Origin: a virus
Direction: 5' to 3' (one strand)
DNA length: 64,000 nt
IMG/VR virus record: IMGVR_UViG_3300020391_000003
Location: 32,001 to 96,000 of that record
The notes beneath the pieces are model-generated. The model was not told where the DNA came from. It saw only the letters and a list, made by a program, of their open reading frames with translations, and made no database searches. A program made the translations under genes and the position numbers. Of the stretch, positions 48,514 through 57,591 are shown one piece after another. Positions within the stretch are counted from its first letter, which is position 1, and every line of letters begins with the position of its first letter.

Positions 48514-49331
48514 TCTGGTCTTTTGCCCAAAGGCTTGCCGTCTTGACCAATCTCACCCTTTCTTATTTTAGTGGCAGAAACTTCTTGAAGCTCTTTGCTT
48601 AGTTCAAGCTGTTCTATATTATAACCAACACCTCTGCCGTAAAATACGTCAGTAATATTGGGTAATTCTACTACTTTTATTTTATTACCAAATTCCAAAC
48701 AAGCCGCATGAATTTCTTGTTTAACTTTTTCAAAATCATAAGGATTACTTTCATCAGTTCCAGCAACATCCCTTAGAGCTATACAGCATTGACCTGTTCT
48801 TTTAATTGCTTCTGCGACCAAAGTCTTGTGTCCGACATGAAATGGCTGATATCGACCGATTAATAATGCAGTGGGAGCTTGATTATCCCATTTTTCTGTT
48901 TCATAAATATTCTTCAAAGCCTTTTCGCACCACTCTTCAGGAGTCCCCTCTCTAAGAATCAAGTCTTGATCATCCCATCTTTTGTCTTTTGTTGGGTCTT
49001 CAAAAAGTTTGTTTGTATCTGCATATCTACCTTCTTTAATTCTATCAACCCATATTACAAAATCAGCATTAAATGCTTCTCTAGCTTCTTCTGTTGGACA
49101 ACAAAAATCCGAAACAACATATCCTCCACCAAGAGCCGCCCAATCTGCAAGTTTGCCCATTCTTCTTGCATGCTCTATACGATCTTCAGCAGAAAATCCA
49201 AGGTCTTTATGTATTTCTTGTCTGACTGCATCAGCGTTAAACCATACAGCATTTAGTCGTGGCACTAATTTTTCTGCTAAAGTTGTTTTTCCAGAACCTG
49301 GCAACCCCATAATTAAAATCTTTCTTTTCAT
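48510..49331 (-). CDS. Adenylylsulfate kinase-like domain fused to HIGH-family nucleotidyltransferase domain
   Basis: GLPGSGKTT, NADAVR, DRIEHARR (APS kinase-like); IGRYQPFHVGH and VSATKIR (HIGH/KMSKS-like). Confidence 0.8.
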   Translation of the reverse strand: MKRKILIMGLPGSGKTTLAEKLVPRLNAVWFNADAVRQEIHKDLGFSAEDRIEHARRMGKLADWAALGGGYVVSDFCCPTEEAREAFNADFVIWVDRIKEGRYADTNKLFEDPTKDKRWDDQDLILREGTPEEWCEKALKNIYETEKWDNQAPTALLIGRYQPFHVGHKTLVAEAIKRTGQCCIALRDVAGTDESNPYDFEKVKQEIHAACLEFGNKIKVVELPNITDVFYGRGVGYNIEQLELSKELQEVSATKIRKGEIGQDGKPLGKRPE

Positions 49332-49386
49332 TGACTATTTTACACTTTGTTGAATACATATTCAAATTTATTATTATAAATAATAT

Positions 49387-49462
49387 GCCACCTTAGCTCA
49401 GTTGGTAGAGCACCTCACTTGTAATGAGGATGTCGTCAGTTCGACTCTGACAGGTGGCTCCA
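49387..49462 (+). tRNA. tRNA-Thr(UGU)
   Basis: Complete 76-nt cloverleaf: GCCACCT/AGGTGGC acceptor, CCTCA-CTTGTAA-TGAGG anticodon arm, GTCAG-TTCGACT-CTGAC T-arm, encoded CCA. Confidence 0.95.
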
Positions 49463-49468
49463 TTTTAC

Positions 49469-49981
49469 ATGAACTTATACAATATACCCATACATCAAAA
49501 ATCGCCAAATATAGTTAATGCTATCGTAGAAATACCAAAAGGTACTAGCGTCAAATATGAATACGATAAAGACTTTGGAGTTTTTAAATATGACAGAAGT
49601 CTTACTTCTGCAATGACATATCCATGTAGTTATGGATATATTCCAAGTACATTAGGAGAAGACGGTGATCCTCTTGATTTTTTGGTTTATAATTCTACTC
49701 CTATTGACCGAGCTACTTTAGTTGAATGCAAGGTAATTGGAATTCTTGATATGGAAGATGATGGAGAAAAAGACTATAAAATACTTGGAGTACCTACTTC
49801 TCATGTTCGCAGACATTACAGTTTAAAAAGTATTGATCCAATGTTTCTTAAAATAGCTTCAAACTTTTTTGCACACTATAAAGATTTAAGCAAAAAACAA
49901 GTTAAAGTTTTTGATTGGCATGAAAAAGATCATGCTCAAAAAATAATCAATGAAGCAATACAGAGAACACCCACCGATTAA
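49469..49981 (+). CDS. ppa: Family I inorganic pyrophosphatase
   Basis: VEIPKG..VKYE, YGYIPST, EDGDPLD, DDGEKDYKI. Start moved out of the tRNA. Confidence 0.93.
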   Translation: MNLYNIPIHQKSPNIVNAIVEIPKGTSVKYEYDKDFGVFKYDRSLTSAMTYPCSYGYIPSTLGEDGDPLDFLVYNSTPIDRATLVECKVIGILDMEDDGEKDYKILGVPTSHVRRHYSLKSIDPMFLKIASNFFAHYKDLSKKQVKVFDWHEKDHAQKIINEAIQRTPTD

Positions 49982-50083
49982 TCAACAAAATCGGGCAAGT
50001 GAAAAGTATCGTCCTCTTCTTCGTCTATTAAATATAAGCTCATACCAAGATATCGATACATTACACAATTTGGATCTTTATTC

Positions 50084-50112
50084 TTGACAAATATAACTTA
50101 TTCTGATAGACT
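50084..50112 (+). promoter_or_regulatory. Sigma70-type promoter, ATG 6 nt after -10
   Basis: TTGACA-N17-TAGACT, ATG at 50119. Confidence 0.75.
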
Positions 50113-50118
50113 ATATCA

Positions 50119-50433
50119 ATGAGTAAAAAATCAGATCCATTTTACGATGAAGAGCTAGATAGTGTTTGCCCTATTACAAATAAAGAGGTAATAGATGATT
50201 GCCACATCACCATTGAGTTTGGATATGGAAGTGATTTAGACATGACCACATATAGCTTCTCTCCTGTTCACGATGAAGTTGGCAAGAAGGTTATTAAATA
50301 TATTGAATCTCTTATGCCAAAAGGTCATGTTGTACAAGAGTTTGCAACAAATGTGATGGATGACCTCTTTGATTCCGATTCAGCTTTTCGTTATTGGTCT
50401 GATGAAGATAAAAAAAATCATGGGCTTGAATGA
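50119..50433 (+). CDS. Hypothetical acidic protein
   Basis: Intact ORF behind promoter. Confidence 0.6.
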   Translation: MSKKSDPFYDEELDSVCPITNKEVIDDCHITIEFGYGSDLDMTTYSFSPVHDEVGKKVIKYIESLMPKGHVVQEFATNVMDDLFDSDSAFRYWSDEDKKNHGLE

Positions 50434-50615
50434 GACCTTGGAAGGATTGTAATACATTAGGAAAATGTATGATTATTTGCAGTGTAATAAATGTTATTGT
50501 TGCAATTAAATTAGCTACTATTCCAAGTTATTTTTCTATATTTAGTATTATTATGGGTGCTTATTGTGGAATGATGACATATTCCAAAAAATGCACCAAA
50601 GATGACAAAGCATAA
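50430..50615 (+). CDS. Small membrane protein
   Basis: Two hydrophobic segments; overlapping genes. Confidence 0.5.
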   Translation: MRPWKDCNTLGKCMIICSVINVIVAIKLATIPSYFSIFSIIMGAYCGMMTYSKKCTKDDKA

Positions 50616-51126
50616 TTCAAATACATTGTTCAGGGGTCATAGCATGATCAATGGCATGATTAAAGATATTCTTGCATACTTTCAATCTCCTGTTTGGACA
50701 GAAGAAGATGAAGATTTAAAGTTGGAAATATTTTCTTCAATTATTGTGCAAAATAAATGTTGGTATTGTGGGGTTGGAGAACTAAAAGATAATGATCATT
50801 TTATACCAACCAATGGGAGATTGTTTGATCCGCCAATGTTTGGGCTTGAGCATGAAGGAAATATCATACCATCTTGCAAAATATGCAATGCAAATAAAAG
50901 CAATAAGCATCCTTTGCTTTGGTTAAAGAAAGGGAGAGTCACAAAAGGTAAAGAATTTCAATTTCCTACCAAAAGAATAGAATGCTTTGAATTATTTTTT
51001 GATATTTTTAAGGATAAATTAATTGCAGATTCTGAATTAACAAATATAATAATAGAACAAGCAATACCAAAGTGTGAAAAACAAACAAAAGAATTAGCAA
51101 ATTTTGAAGAATGGATAAAATTATAA
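50602..51126 (+). CDS. HNH endonuclease
   Basis: CWYCG...DHFIP...NIIPSCKICNANK. Confidence 0.85.
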   Translation: MTKHNSNTLFRGHSMINGMIKDILAYFQSPVWTEEDEDLKLEIFSSIIVQNKCWYCGVGELKDNDHFIPTNGRLFDPPMFGLEHEGNIIPSCKICNANKSNKHPLLWLKKGRVTKGKEFQFPTKRIECFELFFDIFKDKLIADSELTNIIIEQAIPKCEKQTKELANFEEWIKL

Positions 51127-51127
51127 T

Positions 51128-51457
51128 ATGTGGAATTATAGAATAATCAAAAAAGATGAAGTTTACGAACTTCGTGAAGCATACTACAATGACAATAAAG
51201 AGATTTTCGCTATATGTGAATTTGCGGAAATTACAGGAGAAAGCCCTGAAGATATTATTGAATCTTTAAAATATATGCTTGATGATGCTGTGAAATATAA
51301 AGATATGGTTTTAGAAGATGGAAAAATTGAATTTGCTTCTATGTGTGATGATGAAGATTTAGAAGAAATAACTTTTGAAGAATTACAAGAGTCAATAAGT
51401 GGAATAAATATGCCTCCACTTGACTGGACTGATCCTGATGTTGAAGTCAACGACTGA
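51128..51457 (+). CDS. Conserved phage hypothetical protein
   Basis: MWNYRIIKK..YELREAYY pattern; acidic. Confidence 0.6.
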   Translation: MWNYRIIKKDEVYELREAYYNDNKEIFAICEFAEITGESPEDIIESLKYMLDDAVKYKDMVLEDGKIEFASMCDDEDLEEITFEELQESISGINMPPLDWTDPDVEVND

Positions 51458-51558
51458 GATAATCAAAAGCAAAAATTATTATACCTAAATAAAAGATCAT
51501 TTTTGCCATCTCCCATAATTCCACATAAAAATCCATTAGATTAACTTACACAAAAGAC

Positions 51559-51587
51559 TTGACATCTTTTGTCTTTCGTGCTAAAAT
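51559..51587 (+). promoter_or_regulatory. Sigma70-type promoter, ATG 7 nt after -10
   Basis: TTGACA-N17-TAAAAT, ATG at 51595. Confidence 0.8.
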
Positions 51588-51594
51588 GAACTCT

Positions 51595-52632
51595 ATGAAC
51601 GAAACAATACTAGGCTTAACTTGCATCAGTGAACAACTGAAAGACAAAGACAAGAAAAAATACTCTTTTCAAACTATGACTCGCAAGAGATTTAACGATC
51701 TTTGTGTAAAAGAAAGCAGAGATGAAGCCATTGATCAACTTTCTGAAAGGATTATTCACAATATTCGCACGACTCAGTACATTTTGCGTCATTGCATTAC
51801 AAATAACATTGTTCACTATCGTCTTAGTTCTGCTTTGTTTCCTCTTCTTACTGATTCAACTCTCGATCTCTCTCTTGAGTCTTTGCCGAATTATTCCACG
51901 ATTAAACACGAACTAAGATTTGCGGGGCTTATTGCTTTTTCTTTTAAAATGTCTATCAGTATTCATCCCGATCAGTTTAATGTTCTTGCATCTACAAACG
52001 AAATGTCTGTTGCAAAAAGCATCAAAGAACTTAATTTTCAGTCTGATATTATGGACATGATGGGTCTACCTCAAGATCATACTGCCCCTATGAATATTCA
52101 TATCAATGGTACTCCTCCCGAAATAGAATCAAAAGATGATCCTGATGTAGTGAAAAATGTTAGAATAAAAGAAATGGCAGAAAGATTTTATAATAACCTT
52201 ATGCGTTGTCAGCCAGGAGTATTCAATCGCTTGACCATCGAAAATGAAGATAAAGGTTTTTGGAATGTAGACAACATTATTAAATTTAGTGAATATATTT
52301 TCAAAAAATATGGGTTTAACCTTCCAATCTGTTATGACAACTTACATGACTTTTGCAATCCGTCCGAAGAACTTAGCACTTCATTTCAAGCAGAAAGATG
52401 TGCGTATACATGGGTAAACCCACTCAAGCAAGATGACCACTTTGTTGCTCCTGTGTTTCATTGGTCAGAGGGTAAACCCGAAAAGCCAAGGGCACACGCA
52501 GATTATTTTGCACTAGGAAATTTTCCACCGCATATCGCTATTGATCCTAAAAAACCTGTTAAATGGGAATGCGAAGTTAAGCAAAAAGACAAAGCGATTT
52601 CATTGTTGAAAAAAAATTTACAAAAAGTATGA
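51595..52632 (+). CDS. uvsE: UV damage endonuclease
   Basis: LGLTCIS, YRLSSALFP, SIHPDQF, NIHING, RLTIENED, YDNLHD, FHWSE, RAHADY, ECEVKQKD. Confidence 0.9.
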   Translation: MNETILGLTCISEQLKDKDKKKYSFQTMTRKRFNDLCVKESRDEAIDQLSERIIHNIRTTQYILRHCITNNIVHYRLSSALFPLLTDSTLDLSLESLPNYSTIKHELRFAGLIAFSFKMSISIHPDQFNVLASTNEMSVAKSIKELNFQSDIMDMMGLPQDHTAPMNIHINGTPPEIESKDDPDVVKNVRIKEMAERFYNNLMRCQPGVFNRLTIENEDKGFWNVDNIIKFSEYIFKKYGFNLPICYDNLHDFCNPSEELSTSFQAERCAYTWVNPLKQDDHFVAPVFHWSEGKPEKPRAHADYFALGNFPPHIAIDPKKPVKWECEVKQKDKAISLLKKNLQKV

Positions 52633-52772
52633 GCAAAAAATCCTCAAATAATCAAAACGGAAAAGGTTCATCTCCTAGAAACAATAATTCTAAAAAATTT
52701 CAAGATAATTATTCCAAAATAAAATGGAGCAAAATAAAGAAAAAACTTGATAAAGCTAAAGATAACCCGTAA
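52629..52772 (+). CDS. Small basic protein (47 aa)
   Basis: Not in ORF track; NGKGSSPRNNNSKKFQDNYSKIKW. Confidence 0.5.
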   Translation: MSKKSSNNQNGKGSSPRNNNSKKFQDNYSKIKWSKIKKKLDKAKDNP

Positions 52773-52817
52773 GATAATTAATTGCGTGTAAATTAAATAT
52801 CACAAACCCCTAAAACA

Positions 52818-53156
52818 ATGAAAAAAATAATAACCATAACATTCCTAGCATTATCGCTTTTTCCTTCCTGTTTGCAATCAAATAAAGATTTAAGCATAGA
52901 AACCGAAGAGCCTATTTCAACTCCCAGAAGTCCGCAACTACAAAAAGAAATAGACGAGCTTTTAGCAAAAGACGCAGAAAATAAAAAGCTAGAAAAAGAA
53001 TATTTAGAACAAATAAGAATCGCACAAGAAAATAATGATACAGAAGCGTTTGAATTTTTCTTTCAAGAATATATTGATGTTGAAAGATTATCCATCCCTG
53101 AAGAATTAAAAAAAGAACCAAATTATGTTGAAGGCGGTGTTAATTTAAAATATTAA
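52818..53156 (+). CDS. Putative lipoprotein, paralogue of 40490-40726
   Basis: Signal peptide ending LFPSC; NNDTEAFEFFFQEY. Confidence 0.6.
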   Translation: MKKIITITFLALSLFPSCLQSNKDLSIETEEPISTPRSPQLQKEIDELLAKDAENKKLEKEYLEQIRIAQENNDTEAFEFFFQEYIDVERLSIPEELKKEPNYVEGGVNLKY

Positions 53157-53698
53157 TGTCAAGAAAGAAGCACGAATTAAAAACCCAAATAATAACAGGT
53201 AAAATTTATAAAGATCATAAACAGGGTAAGGATAAATCTTTTTATGATCAGTTTTTCAATACCAAGCCAACAGAATATACAAGAAAAGATATAGGATTAT
53301 TTTTAGTTTGGATATGGGGCTTTATTCTTGGCTTTCCTTTCGGACTAGGCTTTTTCGCAAGCAAATCAACAGATACTCTTTCTACACTTTTATCAATCTT
53401 TGGAGTAAGCACCATGCTTTTTCTTTGGATTAGTTTGTGGATCATCGGCAAACAAAAACATTACTTTCAACAAATTTTTGATTCATTTGATTATACTTAT
53501 CATCCTTCTACTTTTGATAAGGTTGATGATTTAAGATTCTTTCAAATAGAAGAAAAAATGGCTATGGCTAGAGCAAATAACGACATTGAAAAAGTAACAG
53601 AATACAGATACAATATCAAACAAATTGCACTTAATGGTCAACTTTCAAAAGAAACTAGAGAATATATAAAAGAAAAATATTATTATTTAGTAAAATGA
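53156..53698 (+). CDS. Membrane protein, two TM
   Basis: Hydrophobic IGLFLVWIWGFILGFPFGL and LLSIFGV...WIIG. Confidence 0.6.
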   Translation: MSRKKHELKTQIITGKIYKDHKQGKDKSFYDQFFNTKPTEYTRKDIGLFLVWIWGFILGFPFGLGFFASKSTDTLSTLLSIFGVSTMLFLWISLWIIGKQKHYFQQIFDSFDYTYHPSTFDKVDDLRFFQIEEKMAMARANNDIEKVTEYRYNIKQIALNGQLSKETREYIKEKYYYLVK

Positions 53699-53886
53699 AA
53701 AAACTTTGGTTGATATGGGCAAGAACTTTAGATCATCGTGTCGGAAAAAATGATGAAGACCAACCAGATATTCCCATCCTGACATTGAAACAAGCTCAGG
53801 TGAGTTTGTTAATTAGAACAATTATTGTCTTGACAAACATGGCAACCTGTGGTATGATTATGGCTAATATTATTAAAAACTGGTAA
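53695..53886 (+). CDS. Small membrane protein
   Basis: MKKLWLIWARTLD...IRTIIV. Confidence 0.55.
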   Translation: MKKLWLIWARTLDHRVGKNDEDQPDIPILTLKQAQVSLLIRTIIVLTNMATCGMIMANIIKNW

Positions 53887-53888
53887 AT

Positions 53889-54140
53889 ATGCACGAAGCA
53901 ATGACAGAAGAAATTAATTATAACAAAGGTTATGATAAAGGTTGGGCAGATGCCCAAGAACATCTCTCAAAGAAATTTGAAAAGGCAATACTGAAAGCCA
54001 AATTAGATTCCTATGAAAAAGGTTATCGAGCAGGAGCAAATCAACTTTCAAACGATCCCTGCGTTTGTGGATTTTGGGGCAGAAGTCATTCAAATAAAAT
54101 AGTAAGCGATTGGTATGACGATTGCGAAAATGGAAAATGA
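53889..54140 (+). CDS. Hypothetical protein
   Basis: YNKGYDKG/YEKGYRAG repeats. Confidence 0.55.
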   Translation: MHEAMTEEINYNKGYDKGWADAQEHLSKKFEKAILKAKLDSYEKGYRAGANQLSNDPCVCGFWGRSHSNKIVSDWYDDCENGK

Positions 54141-54181
54141 TTAACCCCCGAATCAATTCTTGAAGATTTAATAAATTTCTC

Positions 54182-54210
54182 TTGACATCTCAAAGTTAAT
54201 TTGCTATAAT
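54182..54210 (+). promoter_or_regulatory. Sigma70-type promoter, ATG 7 nt after -10
   Basis: TTGACA-N17-TATAAT, ATG at 54218. Confidence 0.85.
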
Positions 54211-54217
54211 GCTCGTC

Positions 54218-54604
54218 ATGGAATTATCAGATATATTGCAATTTATAGTTGGCTTTTCTATACTATGGGTATGGTTAATACGATCTCATGTAGCCACCAA
54301 TTATAGAGTTGGTGGAGCGACTACCCTGAGAGAAGAAGTTATAGAAGTGGGTTTTCCTAATTGGGTTTATGATGCTTTAAGAGTGGTGAAACCATTTTTT
54401 GCGTTTTTTCTTATGATAGGACTTCTTTATGATCCATTTACCCTGCCTTGTATGGCGGCGACTACACTTTTTATGTTAGGTGGGCTTGGTATGCACATTT
54501 ATGCTAAGGATAGTATAAAGAAAATGATTCCCGCTTTAATTTTATTATTATTTTGTTTTATAATTTTTACTTGTCCATCAAAGTGGGAGAACTTTAATAG
54601 CTGA
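54218..54604 (+). CDS. DoxX-like membrane protein
   Basis: WVWLIR...YRVGGA.TLREE...GFPNW, MLGGLGMHI..KDSIKK.IPA. Confidence 0.7.
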   Translation: MELSDILQFIVGFSILWVWLIRSHVATNYRVGGATTLREEVIEVGFPNWVYDALRVVKPFFAFFLMIGLLYDPFTLPCMAATTLFMLGGLGMHIYAKDSIKKMIPALILLLFCFIIFTCPSKWENFNS

Positions 54605-54629
54605 TCCCACTTGCTCTATACCTTTTGAT

Positions 54630-55405
54630 ATGAGAACATATATTAGCACAATTTTTTATTTCTTGGGAGACTTAACATCAAAACTTTTACAATATAGTAT
54701 AACAAGCGTAATTTTTTATCCGATATACAGAAGATTAATGTTAATCAGTATTAGTCTTGACAAAAATAATATTGTATGGGAGAATGCAGAAAAAAAAGAA
54801 AGTGCAAGAGTAGATTTTATTGCTAGATTAAAAAATGAAAATAGAATTAGGTATAAGAGGTAGTGAGGATGCAATAAATCATATACTACTTAGAGTAAAC
54901 AATGATTTTATTTTGCAGACTAAAGACAATTTATTTTTTGCGGGAGAAGAAGGTAGAGATAAAACAGGAAAAAATTTAGTTGAGTTATTAGAAACTTTAT
55001 CTAAAGATCACGAAATATCTGTTCGCAAAAATGTTGCGGAAGAAATTGAAAGAGAATTAAATTTAAATGGAGAAATAATTAAATATGAAAACATTACATA
55101 ATACTAAAAATTGCAATTACAGAAAATTATTGCATAAAAAATTAAAGCACGGCAAAATAAGTGGCAAGTTCTATAAGTTTCTTTGCAGAAACTTTCCTTA
55201 TCGAGTTACCGCAAGGGAAGTGCAAATTTGCGTCGCAATGGTTCTTGATGGCAGAATGACCGAAAATAAAGCCATTGCCACTTTGCAACGAGCAACTACT
55301 GAACTTAGAAGACAACAAGAGATGTATCAATCAAATATAGATTGCAGAAAGAAAATTTCAAAAACAACCACTCCATATACAAAACCTCTTTATACAAATA
55401 AATGA
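54630..55405 (+). CDS. Three small hypothetical genes (54630-54863, 54835-55101, 55085-55405)
   Basis: Overlapping same-strand ORFs with genome-like composition. Confidence 0.5.
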
Positions 55406-55461
55406 AAGAAAAAATTAATCAAATAAAAGAATTATTTGGAGCAATCGGGGTATTTTTTATC

Positions 55462-55490
55462 TTGACTTGCTTGCAAATATGGTATATAAT
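55462..55490 (+). promoter_or_regulatory. Sigma70-type promoter, ATG 8 nt after -10
   Basis: TTGACT-N17-TATAAT, ATG at 55499. Confidence 0.8.
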
Positions 55491-55498
55491 AACAGGAA

Positions 55499-56647
55499 AT
55501 GAATAAAGAATTATACTTAATGTTAAAATCATCTGCCGAGTCGGATGTCGCAAAAGCCAAGTTGTCTTTAAAATTGCTTGGCAAACACGCAGTTGGAATT
55601 GGAGATCACTCTACCAATGATTTTTATAAAAATGCAGAAGAAGCACTCCATTTGCTTGATAATGCAAATAGTAGATTAGATACTTTGGAAAAATATATTG
55701 CCGAAATAAATGATTAATTTATTAGATATTGGAACTACATTTGGCGGTCTTAAAGACTTTGATGTAACAAATATAGTTAAACAATTATTGTGGAAAAATA
55801 ACGCACAAGAATTTACTTTAAAAATATCAAAAGATATTGACGATTATCACATTTATGTAAAAATAGAAGATGTAAAAAAATGAACAGGTTTGATTTAGAA
55901 GAAGACATCAGCAATCTCAACCAAATAGGTGAAGATATAGAAACAATGATATATGCTATTGGGGACTCTGCAAATAAATATAGCGAAGATCAATTACTAA
56001 ATATGTTGATTGGCATAAAACAATTACATGATACTCGTTATGAAAAAATGTGGGCTACATTTGAACACTTAGTTAAAAACGGAACGATTTCAAATAATAA
56101 GGTATGAGAAAAAAATCTTGGTATCTCTCTTCAGTCAGAAAAGAACAATTGGATCAATTTAAACTTTTAGAAATAAAAGACTTTTTTACAAATAAAGGTA
56201 TTCAATTACGACACACAAAAAAACAAATAAGAAAAAGAATATCTTATAGATTTTGGAGACCGATTGTTGAGCAAGTAAGTTCAAATATCAAATCATCAGA
56301 ACGAAATAATGTTGTACAAAAAATATGGAGAGAGATGGATGATCGTTGTTGTTTTCACACATTAACTCAATCGATTTATGATCTAGAATCACTTGCACTA
56401 TGCACAGAAGATCACGACAATGGACATTGGAACGAGAAGTAAAAAATATGTTGAATATCATATGTTTAATACATTTCATCCAATCTACGAAACAAAAATA
56501 CAAGTTCATGGTTTATGGCATGAAGCAAATGGTGAAATAAGATACGAGTCTATTTTAGAAGAAGAACCCGACGGAACGCAAATAAGCTACCTGTTCCCCA
56601 TCTTTAATCCCGACTCTGATGAGTTTGACAATTACTCTCGTTTATAA
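55499..56647 (+). CDS. Cluster of small hypothetical genes (55499-55717, 55880-56107, 56104-56442, about 56420-56647)
   Basis: Tandem same-strand ORFs typical of phage early regions. Confidence 0.5.
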
Positions 56648-56655
56648 TTTTCGGC

Positions 56656-56684
56656 TTGACAAATCAAAATATATATGATATACT
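56656..56684 (+). promoter_or_regulatory. Sigma70-type promoter, ATG 7 nt after -10
   Basis: TTGACA-N17-TATACT, ATG at 56692. Confidence 0.8.
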
Positions 56685-56691
56685 CACGACT

Positions 56692-57560
56692 ATGAATCAA
56701 ATAATACTAGATACCTTGGAAGAGTTTCAAGACTCTCAAATTAATATTGCGAGTTTAACTGCACGACAAATTTTAGCAAATAAACTTGAGGAAAACCTAG
56801 AACAATATGTTACTGACTTGGTAGAAGAAGCAGTTTCAGTAATTGAAGGTTTATCAAAGTGAACGATATAGAAAACTTAATTGAATCACGAATGGAAGCA
56901 ATCAAAATAATGATGGAAAATCTTCAAGATGATTTGCTTATTCACGAATTAGAACATATTGCATCAAGACATAATGATTTAATCGCACAATCTAGATTTT
57001 GGCATAAACAAAATAATAAAGAAAGATACTTATATGATCTAACAGATTATGCACAATGGCTTTTCAAATATTTAGGTTGGCAAGACATAGAAATAGAAAA
57101 CAAATTAAATGAAAATAAATATGAATAGTTCACAAATAATTTTTGCTTCAGAAGTAGAAGAATTTTTTTGGGTTGAAGATGATATTTCTGTTCCTCAAGG
57201 TACTCCGATTGGATACGAAGTTGAGCGTGGAAATAATATAGACCTTGTGTTATTTGAAGATATATATTGGTCTGACCAAAACTTATAACAATGAAAGACG
57301 AAGATAGAGTGTATGAATTTCGCTTGGAATATCTTAGTGGTAATTCTGTTGGTCACAACTATCATTACTATCTTGCACAAAATGCAGAAAAAGCATTATC
57401 TTATCAACTTGAAATGATGGATCACAAACATTGGAACATACAAATAATCAAATTAGAAAGAAAATGTCCATACGGAAATAAATGGATTGATGAAAGCGAA
57501 GTGCTTAAAAAAACTAATGAAATTAAAGATATGATTTCTAATCGAGAAAAAAACGCTTGA
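56692..57560 (+). CDS. Cluster of small hypothetical genes (56692-56862, 56859-57128, 57291-57560)
   Basis: Tandem ORFs behind the promoter. Confidence 0.5.
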
Positions 57561-57585
57561 CAAACCCATTGCATTGTGTCATCAT
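57557..57585 (+). promoter_or_regulatory. Sigma70-type promoter (weak -10), ATG 6 nt after
   Basis: TTGACA-N17-CATCAT, ATG at 57592. Confidence 0.55.
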
Positions 57586-57591
57586 TTAAAA

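Noticed and set aside
49375-49382. T4-type late promoter TATAAATA
   Set aside because: Noticed only here in AT-rich spacer; not found at the structural operon heads, which carry GTGTA.
47217-49981. Host chromosomal contamination (sdhC, cysC-like, ppa, tRNA)
   Set aside because: No sdhA/B or cys operon context, similar AT richness, phage-type GTGTA motif upstream and phage orphans on both sides; read mapping would be the final check.
33962-56661. ORF-track starts at 33962, 51559 and 56656
   Set aside because: These TTG codons are the -35 TTGACA boxes; the real starts are the ATGs 7 nt after the -10.
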